DNA of 64,000 bases from an uncultured Actinomycetota bacterium (GTDB lineage Bacteria > Actinomycetota > Actinomycetes > JAHEKZ01): NCBI GenBank assembly GCA_963829525.1, contig CAWHIJ010000003.1, forward strand, positions 896,001-960,000, given 5' to 3'. Positions within the stretch are counted from its first letter, which is position 1, and every line of letters begins with the position of its first letter. This document shows positions 1 through 9,842 of this stretch, piece after piece. The translations under genes were made by a program, and so were the position numbers. Below the pieces are notes generated by a model. The model made no database searches and was not told the origin of the DNA. It saw only the letters and a list, made by a program, of their open reading frames with translations.

Positions 1-1
1 G

Positions 2-367
2 ATCTGGAGCACGGAGTACTGGAACATCGACGCAGAGTTCGGCCCTCGGGTGAACTTCCGCTCGCCGAGCACGGTCTACGACAGCGCCGAGGGCTGCGTC
101 GCCCAGTACGGCGTCGACGGGTTCGACATAACGGTGACTCGGGTGTGGTCGCGCGAGGGCAGTGTCGAGCGCCGCGAGCGGCTGCTCACCTCATACGACG
201 CGGCCCCGACCGTGATCTGCAGTCCGGAGCCGGAGCCGAAGTCGAAACCGTCCGACAAGCCAACTGACGGCCCGTCCGACAAGCCGGGCGGCGGCCCGTC
301 CGACAAGCCGGGCGGCGGCGGGTCCGACAAGCCGGGCGGCGGCGGGTCGAACGGCGGCGGGGGATAG
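2..367 (+). CDS. Partial (C-terminus) VanW/G5-like cell-envelope protein with low-complexity tail
   Basis: Frame is open from the window edge (IWSTEYWNIDAEFGPR...GFDITVTRV...YDAAPTVIC); resembles the C-terminal part of actinobacterial VanW-family proteins; ends in a PSDKPGGG repeat. Confidence 0.5.
   Translation: MWSTEYWNIDAEFGPRVNFRSPSTVYDSAEGCVAQYGVDGFDITVTRVWSREGSVERRERLLTSYDAAPTVICSPEPEPKSKPSDKPTDGPSDKPGGGPSDKPGGGGSDKPGGGGSNGGGG
248..343 (+). repeat. 4 x 24-bp tandem repeat encoding PSDKPGGG
   Basis: Units (ccg/ggg)tccgacaagccgggcggcggc at 248, 272, 296 and 320; first unit diverged. Confidence 0.9.
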
Positions 368-462
368 GGAGCGCCTTCGAAAGTGGGCCAAAGGTGGCGT
401 TCGACCGCCACCTCAGCCCACGATGACCACGTCACCTGGTCATCGTGCCGGCGGTTAGTCTC

Positions 463-2070
463 TCAGGTGCCGCTGCGCAGGTGGGCGAGCGAGGCGAGGG
501 TAGCCGCGTCTATGCCAGTGGGAACCGGGCCACCGGTGATGGCAGGAAGCAGTGCGTTGGCGAGCTCCTTCCCGCGCTCGACCCCCCACTGGTCGAAGGG
601 ATCCAGCCCCCATGCGAAGCCAGCGACCACCGTGGCGTGTTCATACAACGCGACTAGGGCGCCAACGCTGTGCGGGCTCAGGTCAGGCAGCCAGATCAAC
701 GTGCTGGGCCGGTTTCCCGGCATCACCTTGTGCGGCACCAGGGCAGGGTCAACCGCTGCTGACTCCAATGCCGATGCCGTCTGGCCGACCGCAAGCGCCG
801 CCGCCTGCGCGAGCAGGTTGGCTTGAAGCAGTTCTGCTCGTTCGTCACCGCTGATGGAACGGACCCCGATCAGATCGATCGGTATGAGGTGCGTGCCTTG
901 GTGGAGCAGCTGGAAGAAGGCGTGCTGTCCGTTGGTTCCCGGCGCTCCCCAGACCACCGGCGAAGTCGGCCACGAAACAGGGTCGCCCGTGGCGGTGACA
1001 GACTTGCCGTTGCTCTCCATCTGCAGCTGCTGGAGGTGACTCGGGAGGAGTCCGAGGTCTTGGGCGTAGGGGACGATCGCCTTGGACGTTGCGCCGAGGT
1101 ACTGGGCGTACCAGACGTCGAGCATCCCGAGCAGCAGCGCAGCGTTCTGCCCCGGGGGGTCGTTCAGGACTGCAGTGTCGACTGCTCGCATGCCTTCGCG
1201 TAGCGACTGCATACCGTGGCGTCCCAACGCGAACTCGATGCCGATCCCGACCGCGGACGAGAGTGAGAAGCGGCCTCCCACCCAGTCGCGAAACCCAAAG
1301 ACCGCATCGGTCGGGACGCCGAACTCGGCCGCGCGCTGGGTAGCCGTTGTCACCGCGGCCAGATGTTGGCCCAGACCAGCTTCTCCGACGTCGACAACGA
1401 GCCAGTCGCGGGCAGCGTTGGCGTTGGCCAGCGTCTCGACGGTGGTGAAGGTCTTGGAGATGACCACGACGAGCGTGGACGCTGGTTTCAGCTGCGGGAG
1501 GACGGCATCGAGCTCGGCCGGGTCAACGTTGGCGACGAAGTGCACCCTGACCTGTCCGGTGTGGTGCTCGCGCGTCGCGGCAGCGACCATCCGGGGGCCG
1601 AGGTCCGATCCGCCGATCCCGATCATCACGACGTCGGTGATCTGGTCACCACCCGAGCCACGACGGGTCCCGGTCGTAACGTCCTCGACGAAGTCGCTCA
1701 CCCTTGTCGCTGTATCGGCAACGTCCGGCAACACGTCCTCGCCGTCCACCATGATCGGCGGCCGGGGGCTCGCCCGCAGTGCCGTGTGCAGGGCGGCTCG
1801 CTTTTCGGTGGTGTTGACCGCGGCTCCGGACGCCATGGCGACCAACCGGCGCGGGACGCCGAGCTCGACAGCGAGCTCGGCGAGCAGGTCCATCGTTAGG
1901 GGCTGACCGATCATCCGCGAGAAGTCGAGGGTAAGTGGCCCGGCAGTGAGGGTCATGGACCCTGGCCGGTCGAGGTCCATGAGCAGGTCGCGGAGGTGAA
2001 GGTCAGCCAGGGTCGCCTGGTGTACGCGCAGGGCTTCTCCGGCCTGACTCTGAAAGCGCTCTTCGCCCAC
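463..2070 (-). CDS. pgi: Glucose-6-phosphate isomerase
   Basis: Motifs IGIGGSDLGP, SKTFTTVET, VGGRFSLSS, QMESNGK, GTNGQHAFFQLLHQG, FDQWGVERGK. Confidence 0.97.
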   Translation of the reverse strand: MGEERFQSQAGEALRVHQATLADLHLRDLLMDLDRPGSMTLTAGPLTLDFSRMIGQPLTMDLLAELAVELGVPRRLVAMASGAAVNTTEKRAALHTALRASPRPPIMVDGEDVLPDVADTATRVSDFVEDVTTGTRRGSGGDQITDVVMIGIGGSDLGPRMVAAATREHHTGQVRVHFVANVDPAELDAVLPQLKPASTLVVVISKTFTTVETLANANAARDWLVVDVGEAGLGQHLAAVTTATQRAAEFGVPTDAVFGFRDWVGGRFSLSSAVGIGIEFALGRHGMQSLREGMRAVDTAVLNDPPGQNAALLLGMLDVWYAQYLGATSKAIVPYAQDLGLLPSHLQQLQMESNGKSVTATGDPVSWPTSPVVWGAPGTNGQHAFFQLLHQGTHLIPIDLIGVRSISGDERAELLQANLLAQAAALAVGQTASALESAAVDPALVPHKVMPGNRPSTLIWLPDLSPHSVGALVALYEHATVVAGFAWGLDPFDQWGVERGKELANALLPAITGGPVPTGIDAATLASLAHLRSGT

Positions 2071-2079
2071 GGCCCGACC

Positions 2080-3132
2080 CTACCGGCGTCCCCCCGGCCC
2101 GCGGCGGTAGACGTAGTCGTGATGGGCGACGAACCCGAGCCGTTCGTACAGTCGTCGGGCTCCAACGTTGCCGTGGGCCACCTGCAGGAAGACATACCGA
2201 CAGCCCTGGTCGGCCGCGTACTGGGCCAGAGCTTTGATCACCGAGCGGCCAAGCCCTCTTCGGCGGTAAGGCTCGGCCACCTCGACGGCGGTGATGCCGA
2301 GCCAGCGCCCGCAGATGGCGCCCCGGGCGATGGCCAGCGTGTCACTGGCTGGCCCATGGGCTGAAACGAACACTGGGTGCTCGGCCTTGGTCATGATCGG
2401 AATGGCTACGGCCGGAACGGGCTCATCGCCGTACCGGAACGAGGCAAGCCACGCGGAGTCTGGCGTCGAGGCGATGTCGAGGGTCAGGAGCTGTACTTGT
2501 GATGACACGTCCTGGGTGGCCATCAGCAGCGGGTCAAGGTCACAGACCATGACCGCGACGGCGTTGTACGCCTCCCAACCCCGTTCAGCGAGGGCGGCGT
2601 CGAGGTCGGTGCGCAGCGGCAGCGGTACCTGGATCATCGGTGGAAGCGATCTGTCCTCGTACCACTGGGTGATCCGGGCGAGAACGTCGTCGAGGCGTGC
2701 TCCGGGGTCGCCGAGCGGAAGGACACTGTTGGCCCTGCCGGTGAAGCCACCGGCAGCCCGAAGTACCCACTCGCCAAGCTGCAACTGTTCCAGTGGCTGC
2801 CAAGCCTGCGCTGCGATGGACTCGAGGGTTGCGACGTCGACGTCGGACGCCGAACGCCGCCGAGCCGGGGTGTCCGGAACGATCTTGGCGGCAACCACTG
2901 CTGTCGGGTCGACCATGACGGCTTTGCCGGTTCTGGTTCGGATCGACCACTGGCGCCCAGGCCCGACGTCGGTTGACTCCAAGAATCCGACGACGTCACG
3001 GAAGCCGGGACCACCCGTTGGGCCCGGCACCCCGGCAGCAGATCGCACACTGACGCGGCGTCCCAGCGCGGTCATGATCCAGGCCGAGTCCGGCCATCGC
3101 GCATCGGCTCTGGATGGTTCGGATGCGGACAT
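2080..3132 (-). CDS. GNAT family N-acetyltransferase
   Basis: GFTGRANSVLP; acetyl-CoA motif RRRGLG; LQVAHGNVGARRLYERLGF. Confidence 0.85.
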   Translation of the reverse strand: MSASEPSRADARWPDSAWIMTALGRRVSVRSAAGVPGPTGGPGFRDVVGFLESTDVGPGRQWSIRTRTGKAVMVDPTAVVAAKIVPDTPARRRSASDVDVATLESIAAQAWQPLEQLQLGEWVLRAAGGFTGRANSVLPLGDPGARLDDVLARITQWYEDRSLPPMIQVPLPLRTDLDAALAERGWEAYNAVAVMVCDLDPLLMATQDVSSQVQLLTLDIASTPDSAWLASFRYGDEPVPAVAIPIMTKAEHPVFVSAHGPASDTLAIARGAICGRWLGITAVEVAEPYRRRGLGRSVIKALAQYAADQGCRYVFLQVAHGNVGARRLYERLGFVAHHDYVYRRGPGGRR

Positions 3133-3205
3133 GGCTGACCCCCTTGACGTGCGTGGAGACGGTGGTCGTGAATACTAGACGCGGCGTCATCCTGAGGAGG
3201 AGATC

Positions 3206-3532
3206 GTGACCTACGTCATCGCCCAGCCGTGTGTCGACCTGCTCGACAAGGCTTGTGTCGACGAATGCCCGGTCGACTGCATCTACGAGGGCGAGCGGAT
3301 GCTCTACATCCACCCGGATGAGTGCGTCGACTGCGGCGCGTGCGAACCGGTTTGCCCCGTCGAGGCGATCTTCTACGAGGACGACACGCCCGATCAGTGG
3401 AAAGACTTCTACAAGGCCAACGTCGAGTTCTTCGACGATCTCGGCTCGCCTGGAGGCGCAGCCAAGACCGGCAAGATCCCGAAGGACCACCCGATCGTGG
3501 CCGCTCTTCCGCCGCAGGTAGTCGCGAGCTGA
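3206..3532 (+). CDS. fdxA: 7Fe ferredoxin
   Basis: MTYVIAQPCVD...CPVDCIYEG...CVDCGACEPVCPVEAI; SD gaggag upstream. Confidence 0.97.
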   Translation: MTYVIAQPCVDLLDKACVDECPVDCIYEGERMLYIHPDECVDCGACEPVCPVEAIFYEDDTPDQWKDFYKANVEFFDDLGSPGGAAKTGKIPKDHPIVAALPPQVVAS

Positions 3533-4632
3533 GCCCCGCTCCGCTCGCCAACCGGCTCCCCGACTTTCCGTGGGACCGGCTCAGCGACGCCCGCGCGCGC
3601 GCCTCGGCACACCCTGACGGGCTGGTCGACCTGTCGGTCGGCACTCCGGTCGACCCGGTCCCCGGCGTCATACAGCGAGCCTTGGCCGAGGCGGCGAACG
3701 CGCCCGGGTATCCAACGACCCATGGTTCCGACCGGCTCAGGGCCGCAGGTACCGCCTGGATGGAGCGCCGGCTAGGGGTTACCGGCGTCGGCACGGACGC
3801 CGTGCTGCCGGCGCTGGGCACCAAAGAGCTGGTGGCAGCACTGCCGATGTTGCTGGGACTGGGAACGGGCAGCCGAGTGATCGTCCCGGAGCTGGCTTAC
3901 CCGACGTACGACATCGGGGCACGCGTCGTGGGGGCGCAGGTGACGGCGTCGGACTCGACGATGGCGATCGGTCCAGGGCGGGTTGACCTGGTGTGGGTCA
4001 ATTCCCCGGCCAACCCCACGGGACGCGTCCTGCCGGCAGAGCACCTGCGCAAGGTCGTCGACTGGGCGCGGGAGCGTGGCGCCATCGTCGTTTCCGACGA
4101 GTGTTACATCGAGTTGGGATGGGAGGCTCAGCCGGTCTCGGTGCTGCACCCCGACGTGTGCGGCCGGTCACTCCAGGGCGTTCTGGCGTTGCATTCGTTG
4201 TCGAAGCGGTCGAACCTTGCCGGGTACCGGGCCGGGTTCGCGGCGGGTGATGCTGCGCTGGTGTCGATGTTGCTCGAGGCGCGTAAGCACCTGGGCATGA
4301 TGATGCCCGCCCCGGTGCAGGCTGCGATGGTGGCCGCCTTGGATGACGACGCTCACGTGGTCGCTCAGCGACGGCTGTACGCCGCGCGGAGACAGCTGCT
4401 GTTGGCTGCGCTGCGCGAGGCGGGGTTCTCCGTCGAACACTCCGAGGCGGGGCTTTACCTGTGGGTGACCCGCGACGAGGCGTGTATGGACACCGTCGAT
4501 TGGTTCGCCGAACGCGGCATCCTCGTGGCCCCGGGTGACTTCTATGGCGTGCGCGGCGCACGGCACGTTCGGGTGGCGCTCACCGCGTCCGACGAGCGCG
4601 TCGACGCAGCCGCGTCACGGATCGCCGATTGA
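3529..4632 (+). CDS. dapC: N-succinyldiaminopimelate aminotransferase (probable CTG start overlapping the fdxA stop)
   Basis: LPDFPWD, DLSVGTPVD, NSPANPTG, SDECY, SLSKRSNLAGYRAG; usual fdxA-dapC pairing. Confidence 0.92.
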   Translation: MSPAPLANRLPDFPWDRLSDARARASAHPDGLVDLSVGTPVDPVPGVIQRALAEAANAPGYPTTHGSDRLRAAGTAWMERRLGVTGVGTDAVLPALGTKELVAALPMLLGLGTGSRVIVPELAYPTYDIGARVVGAQVTASDSTMAIGPGRVDLVWVNSPANPTGRVLPAEHLRKVVDWARERGAIVVSDECYIELGWEAQPVSVLHPDVCGRSLQGVLALHSLSKRSNLAGYRAGFAAGDAALVSMLLEARKHLGMMMPAPVQAAMVAALDDDAHVVAQRRLYAARRQLLLAALREAGFSVEHSEAGLYLWVTRDEACMDTVDWFAERGILVAPGDFYGVRGARHVRVALTASDERVDAAASRIAD

Positions 4633-4654
4633 GAGCTCGCATCCCTGGCAGCTC

Positions 4655-4816
4655 CTAGGTCTTGGAGCCGCTCTTCCCGGCCCGCTTCGCGGCCTTGGCT
4701 TCCAGCTTGGCTGTGCGCTTGGCATCACGCTTGGCGGTGTGCTTGTCCCACCACTGCATGAAGGGGCCGATGAGGAGCCCGTCGCCGCCGCCGCCGCCGC
4801 CGCCGCCGAATGCCAT
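4655..4816 (-). CDS. Small hypothetical protein (53 aa; poly-Gly N-terminus, Lys/Ala-rich C-terminus)
   Basis: ATG at 4816 with gaggcggg upstream; fills an otherwise empty gap; (GCC)8 at 4784-4807. Confidence 0.5.
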   Translation of the reverse strand: MAFGGGGGGGGDGLLIGPFMQWWDKHTAKRDAKRTAKLEAKAAKRAGKSGSKT

Positions 4817-4885
4817 GACTGCCCGCCTCGCTCGAAGGGTGCCTTGTGAACAGGGTGACACACGCTCGCGCGTACGTCTGCCCCG

Positions 4886-4931
4886 TCTGGGTGCAGAAAG
4901 TGCCGTTGTAGCAGCACTTCCTGCACCCAGA
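4886..4931. repeat. Long palindrome (REP-like element or terminator)
   Basis: tctgggtgcag-aaagtgc ... gcacttc-ctgcacccaga: 11-bp perfect outer arms plus a 6-bp inner stem. Confidence 0.75.
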
Positions 4932-5041
4932 TCCAGGCTCGGCGGCAGGGTGGCGTGCGGTTCCGGTGTTCAGCAGCCGCCGCCGCCCCACAGCGCCCCT
5001 CGGTAGCCGTGAGCCTCAGCCGTGCTCAGCCGTCGCTGCGC

Positions 5042-6013
5042 TCAGAGCACCTCGACGTGGACGTGGTCCAGGTGGCGCAGCGTTGGGTCCTTCGGGTTGC
5101 CGTAGGGCGAGGTGTAGTCGCGCCAGCCCTCCGGCGAACGGCGCGCTGACCAGATCTTGTCGCGGTAGATGATCACGCCGACGTCGAGCTGGTCGGCGTT
5201 GGCGACGAGCCAATGGGCGAGCGCCCAACCGTTGTGCCGCATCTGAACGTCTCGGTACGGCTCGAAGAAGACGTCGATGGCGCGTCCCTCATTGTGCGCC
5301 GAAGGATTGGCTCGGGCGACTCCACCTGGTGCAAATCCCCCGAGGCTCTGCGCCCCCCAGGCATCCTCCATGGCGGTGCGCAGTGTCGTCGCTCGGGGAG
5401 TCAAGCCGGTGGGGTCCAGCTTCTGGGTGCGCTCGTCTTCGGCCCGCACCGTGCACGTGAGAGCGGCGCCGCGACGTCCGGTGAGGGCGGCGGCGATCGT
5501 CTTGGCCTCTTCGGCGTGCTGTTGGTAAGCGTCGGGGTAGGCACTGCGCTGGACGGTCTGGGCGGCCACGGTGACGGGTAGCTGTTGCCAGCGCTCGACG
5601 GCAATCAGTGCTGAGAAGAACGCCTCGGACGCGTAGACGGGGTCGGTGACCTGGTTGAACGATCCCCACCCCTGCGAGGGCCGCTGTTGGAACAGTCCGG
5701 CGCTGTCGTGGTCGCCCCCGTCAAGGTTGTGCAGCTCTGACTCTTGCATGGCGGTGGCAAGTCCAACGGTGACTGCGCGCGAAGGAAGGTCGCGGCGATG
5801 CGCGACCGCCGCGATAGTGGACGCGTTGACAACCTGCTCGTGGTCGAGCTGCACGGTGCCATCGGGGCCGTCGACTGTGCAGAGCTCGCGGCCGACGATG
5901 GAGCCGATCCCGCCGTTCCACCACACGACGATCGCCGCCACCAGCGCAAGGGGCAGCGCGAGCGCCGCGAGCCCCAAGAGGAGGCCGCGGGAACGGGAGG
6001 GGCGGTTGGTCAT
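5042..6013 (-). CDS. Membrane-anchored extracellular protein, putative cell-wall hydrolase-like
   Basis: N-terminal TM; ATAMQES...SAGLFQQRPSQGWG transglycosylase-like motif; C-terminal H..GRAIDVF...HLDHVHV peptidase-like motif. Confidence 0.7.
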   Translation of the reverse strand: MTNRPSRSRGLLLGLAALALPLALVAAIVVWWNGGIGSIVGRELCTVDGPDGTVQLDHEQVVNASTIAAVAHRRDLPSRAVTVGLATAMQESELHNLDGGDHDSAGLFQQRPSQGWGSFNQVTDPVYASEAFFSALIAVERWQQLPVTVAAQTVQRSAYPDAYQQHAEEAKTIAAALTGRRGAALTCTVRAEDERTQKLDPTGLTPRATTLRTAMEDAWGAQSLGGFAPGGVARANPSAHNEGRAIDVFFEPYRDVQMRHNGWALAHWLVANADQLDVGVIIYRDKIWSARRSPEGWRDYTSPYGNPKDPTLRHLDHVHVEVL

Positions 6014-6077
6014 GGTCGTTCCAGTGTGCGGCATCGAACGCCATGCCCCGTAATCGGCGGCGTGGCGTCGGGTTGGG

Positions 6078-7097
6078 TCAGTCGTTGGCGTGCAGCGCCT
6101 CGTTGAGTCCACCCCAGGAACCGCTACGAGCGACGGCCTCGACGGCACCGGTGACGGAGTTGCGGCGGAAGAGCAGACCGGACTGCCCAGACAGGTCCCG
6201 CGCCTTGGCGACCCCGCCATCGGGCGTGATCACCTTGGTGCCGGCCGTGACGTAGAGCCCGGCCTCGACCACCGAGTCGTCGCCCAGCGAGATACCGACG
6301 CCCGCGTTGGCGCCTATCAAGCAGCGTTCGCCGATGCGGATCACCTCCTGGCCACCTCCGGAGAGAGTGCCCATGATGGATGCGCCGCCGCCGATGTCAG
6401 AGCCGTTGCCGACGACAACTCCGGCGCTGATCCGGCCTTCGACCATAGAGGCACCGAGGGTACCGGCGTTGAAGTTGACGAAGCCCTCATGCATCACGGT
6501 GGTGCCCTCGGCAAGGTGGGCCCCAAGGCGGACGCGGTCGGCATCGGCGATCCGGACTCCGGTGGGCGTGACGTAGTCGACCATGCGCGGGAACTTGTCG
6601 ATGCCGTGGATGGTGACCGGACCGTCCTGCATGAGGTGCAGCCGGGTCGCCTCGAAGCCCTCGACAGCGCATGGTCCGTAGTTCGTCCAGACGACGTTGG
6701 TGAGAAGGCCGAAGAGGCCGTCGAGGTTGATCGTCCGCGGCTGCACGAGGCGGGCCGACAGGAGGTGCAGTCGAAGGTAGGCGTCGAAGGTGTCGGCGGG
6801 CGGGGCATCGAGGTCGGCAACATGCAGGGCGATGAAGCGAACCTGTACTCCACGGCGCAGATCGGCGCCAACCAGATGGGTGATCACCGCGCCGACCAGC
6901 TCATAGGACGTGTCCGAAGGGACGTCGACGAGTCCAGCGCCGAAGGTGCCGAGGCACCGTTGAACGGCCGGGTCCCACCCGAGCCCGAGTCGGGGGTAGC
7001 GCACGTCGAGGACGCGGCCATCGGCGTCGGAGATGGTCGCCAGGCCGATACCAAAGGCGGCGCGTTCTGGGGCAGGAGCGTGGTCTTGGGTGGTCAC
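6078..7097 (-). CDS. dapD: Tetrahydrodipicolinate N-succinyltransferase
   Basis: [48 protein letters not shown]; GTG at 7097 preferred. Confidence 0.96.
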   Translation of the reverse strand: MTTQDHAPAPERAAFGIGLATISDADGRVLDVRYPRLGLGWDPAVQRCLGTFGAGLVDVPSDTSYELVGAVITHLVGADLRRGVQVRFIALHVADLDAPPADTFDAYLRLHLLSARLVQPRTINLDGLFGLLTNVVWTNYGPCAVEGFEATRLHLMQDGPVTIHGIDKFPRMVDYVTPTGVRIADADRVRLGAHLAEGTTVMHEGFVNFNAGTLGASMVEGRISAGVVVGNGSDIGGGASIMGTLSGGGQEVIRIGERCLIGANAGVGISLGDDSVVEAGLYVTAGTKVITPDGGVAKARDLSGQSGLLFRRNSVTGAVEAVARSGSWGGLNEALHAND

Positions 7098-7114
7098 CTC
7101 GTTACGGTACCCAG
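7098..7114. promoter_or_regulatory. Bidirectional promoter with overlapping -10 hexamers for leaderless dapD and dapE
   Basis: TACGGT (+, 7103-7108) lies 6 nt before GTG 7115; TACCGT (-, 7109-7104) lies 6 nt before GTG 7097. Confidence 0.7.
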
Positions 7115-8176
7115 GTGGCAACTCTCGACATCGGCCAGGACACAGCCTTGCTCACAGCTTCGTTGGTGGACGTCTACTCCGAGAGCGGGCACGAGACCGA
7201 GCTCACCGACGCCGTCGAGGCTGCCCTGCGCACGATTTCGCACTTGAGCGTCGACCGGGACGGTGATGCGGTCGTGGCCCGGACCTCGTGGGGGCGCGCC
7301 GAGCGCGTAGTGCTGGCCGGGCACCTGGACACGGTCCCTCCAGCTGACAACCTTCCGTCGAGCAGAGAGGGCGACGCCCTTCGTGGTCTGGGGACAGCCG
7401 ACATGAAGGGCGGCATAGCCGTCATGCTGCGGCTCGCCGCATCCATCACGGCGTCCACTCGGGACATCACCTATGTGTTCTATGACGGTGAAGAGGTCGA
7501 GGCTGAGCGCAACGGGTTGCTGCGGTTGAGCCGCACGCACCCCGATTGGCTCGCGGCCGACTTCGCGGTGTTGCTCGAGCCCACGGACGCCATCGTCGAA
7601 GGCGGCTGCCAGGGAACGATGCGCGCCGAGGTCGGAGTTCCCGGGGTCCGCGCCCACAGTGCCAGATCGTGGATGGGGGTCAACGCGATTCATTCAGCGG
7701 GGGAAGTGATCGACCGGCTGCGCGCTTACGAACCTCGGCGCCCGATCATCGACGGGCTGGAGTTCCGGGAGGGGCTCAACGCTGTGGGGATCCGGGGCGG
7801 GGTGGCTGGCAACGTGGTACCGGGGGAGTGCGTCGTCACGGTGAACTACCGATTCGCACCCGACCGCACCGAGCAGGACGCCGAGGAGCATTTGCGCGAG
7901 CTCTTCGTCGATTTCGCGGTTACGGTGACCGACCGCTCACCTGGCGCCCGACCTGGGCTGCAGCACCCGGCTGCACAGGCCTTCGCCGCCGCTATTGGCG
8001 GGACGCCGCGCGCGAAGTTCGGCTGGACCGACGTGGCGCTGTTCTCCGCACTCGGGGTGCCTGCTGTGAACTATGGTCCGGGCGATCCGCACGTCGCACA
8101 TACGGCGGGTGAATGGGTCTCAGCGACTCAACTGGCCGAGTGCGAGGAGCGGCTCTCCGCCTGGCTCAACCTGTGA
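7115..8176 (+). CDS. dapE: Succinyl-diaminopimelate desuccinylase
   Basis: [44 protein letters not shown] (M20 family); divergent from dapD. Confidence 0.96.
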   Translation: MATLDIGQDTALLTASLVDVYSESGHETELTDAVEAALRTISHLSVDRDGDAVVARTSWGRAERVVLAGHLDTVPPADNLPSSREGDALRGLGTADMKGGIAVMLRLAASITASTRDITYVFYDGEEVEAERNGLLRLSRTHPDWLAADFAVLLEPTDAIVEGGCQGTMRAEVGVPGVRAHSARSWMGVNAIHSAGEVIDRLRAYEPRRPIIDGLEFREGLNAVGIRGGVAGNVVPGECVVTVNYRFAPDRTEQDAEEHLRELFVDFAVTVTDRSPGARPGLQHPAAQAFAAAIGGTPRAKFGWTDVALFSALGVPAVNYGPGDPHVAHTAGEWVSATQLAECEERLSAWLNL

Positions 8177-8178
8177 TG

Positions 8179-8243
8179 GGTGCGGTGCCACCCCCGTCCC
8201 GGTCACAGTCTTGACGTGATCGGGACGAAGGTGACACCGCACC
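8179..8243. terminator. Long hairpin between convergent dapE and yceI
   Basis: ggtgcggtgccacc..cgtcccggtcac / gtgatcgggacg..ggtgacaccgcacc inverted repeat. Confidence 0.7.
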
Positions 8244-8250
8244 ATGGGGG

Positions 8251-8814
8251 TCAGGCTTGCTTGATGGCGCTGACGTCGAGGGTGATCTTGACCTTGTCGC
8301 TGACGAGGACGCCGCCGGCTTCCAGGGCCACGTTCCAGGTGAGGCCGAAGTCTTTACGGCTGATGGTGGTCTCGCCGGAGAATCCGATCCGCTCGTTGCC
8401 GAAGGGATCGGTGGCCAGGCCCTCGAGCTCGACCTTGAGCTCGACCGGCCGCGACGTGCCACGGATCGCCAAGTCGCCGAGCATCACGAAGTCGTCACCA
8501 CCGGCGTAGCGAACGCCATTCGAACGGAAGGTGATCTCCGGGTGGGTCTCGACGTTGAGGAAGTCATCACCGCGAAGGTGGTTGTCCCTGTCCTCGCTGC
8601 TGGTGGAGATGCTGCTGGAGCCGATGGTCACCTCGGCGCTCGACTTCTCGGGCGCACTGCCGTCCAGGGTGAGGGCCCCGGAGAACTCAGCGAACTGGCC
8701 CCGGACGGTGGCGACCATGGCGTGCTTGGCCGAGAACCCGATCCGCGTGTGGCTCGGGTCGATCGTCCAGGTGCCTGTGGTCTGTTCCAGGGTGGTGGGT
8801 GCCGTGGTGGTCAT
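8251..8814 (-). CDS. YceI family polyisoprenoid-binding protein
   Basis: WTIDPSHTRIGFSAKH, RDNHLRGDDF, ISRKDFGLTWN. Confidence 0.93.
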   Translation of the reverse strand: MTTTAPTTLEQTTGTWTIDPSHTRIGFSAKHAMVATVRGQFAEFSGALTLDGSAPEKSSAEVTIGSSSISTSSEDRDNHLRGDDFLNVETHPEITFRSNGVRYAGGDDFVMLGDLAIRGTSRPVELKVELEGLATDPFGNERIGFSGETTISRKDFGLTWNVALEAGGVLVSDKVKITLDVSAIKQA

Positions 8815-8850
8815 TGAGCGAGTCCTTTCCGGGACGCAGGAGGGTTAAGG

Positions 8851-8892
8851 TTGAATGTTCAGTGTTTGAAGGCTCAGTAGTTGAACACTCAA
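8851..8892. promoter_or_regulatory. Three tandem TTGA-N4-TCA(A/G) operator boxes (MarR/RosR-like)
   Basis: TTGAATGTTCAG 8851, TTGAAGGCTCAG 8866, TTGAACACTCAA 8881; exact 15-bp period, just downstream of a minus-strand TACGGT (8903-8898). Confidence 0.7.
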
Positions 8893-8944
8893 GCAATACC
8901 GTAACACATGTCTGTGCCCCACGCATTCCCGCTAGCGTGGCGAC

Positions 8945-9802
8945 ATGAGCGAACGCGACCGCGAGCATGGTCAGGACAGCGCGGGCCGGCCACGGGAGAA
9001 GCGCCGTGGCCCCGTGGTGCTGCGCCGGGGCCAGGTGCAGCGCAGCACCACCGACCAACGGCTGCTCGACTCCCGCGGACCTACCGACTGGGTGCACGCC
9101 GACCCATGGCGGGTTCTCCGCATCCAGGCCGAGTTCGTCGAGGGTTTCGGCACGCTGGCCGAGCTCGGGCCGGCGATCAGCGTCTTCGGCTCTGCCCGCG
9201 TCCGTCGTGACACCGAGGAGTACGAGAGGGCCCGCCAGGTGGGAGCGAGCCTGGCTCGTGCCGGCTACGCGGTCATCACCGGCGGTGGCCCGGGGATCAT
9301 GGAGGCAGCGAACCGAGGCGCGGTCGACGCTGGGGGCGTCTCGGTCGGCCTGGGGATCGAGCTCCCCTTCGAGCAGGGCCTCAACCCGTTCGTCGACATC
9401 GGCGTCCACTTCCGCTACTTCTTCGCCCGCAAAACCATGTTCGTCAAGTACGCCAGCGGCTTCATCGTGCTTCCCGGCGGGTTCGGCACCATGGATGAGC
9501 TTTTCGAGGCAATGACGCTGGTACAGACCCAGAAGGTCACTGCATTCCCCATCGTGCTCGTTGACCGCTCCTATTGGTCTGGCCTGCTGAACTGGATGCG
9601 CGACACGATGGTCGGCAGCGGCAAGGCCTCCGAGCAAGATCTTCAGCTGCTGCAGATCGTCGATGATGTCGAGGAGGCCGTTACCGTGATTCGAAGAGCT
9701 GAGGCCGATGTCACGACCCTGCGCCGCGAGGAGCTGGACGCCTCGATGGTCAAGGAAGAGGCTGAGCGCCAGGCAGCCACCCCGCCGATGATGGGCATCT
9801 GA
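8945..9802 (+). CDS. LOG family (TIGR00730-type) phosphoribohydrolase
   Basis: SVFGSAR, ITGGGPGIMEAANRGA, RYFFARKTMFVKY, PGGFGTMDELFE. Confidence 0.93.
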   Translation: MSERDREHGQDSAGRPREKRRGPVVLRRGQVQRSTTDQRLLDSRGPTDWVHADPWRVLRIQAEFVEGFGTLAELGPAISVFGSARVRRDTEEYERARQVGASLARAGYAVITGGGPGIMEAANRGAVDAGGVSVGLGIELPFEQGLNPFVDIGVHFRYFFARKTMFVKYASGFIVLPGGFGTMDELFEAMTLVQTQKVTAFPIVLVDRSYWSGLLNWMRDTMVGSGKASEQDLQLLQIVDDVEEAVTVIRRAEADVTTLRREELDASMVKEEAERQAATPPMMGI

Positions 9803-9842
9803 GCGACTCCAGCCCTCTGGGGAAGTTGCCGATACCTCCGAG

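Noticed and set aside
248-343. Tandem repeat as a CRISPR array
   Set aside because: Contiguous in-frame 24-bp coding units with no unique spacers and no cas genes
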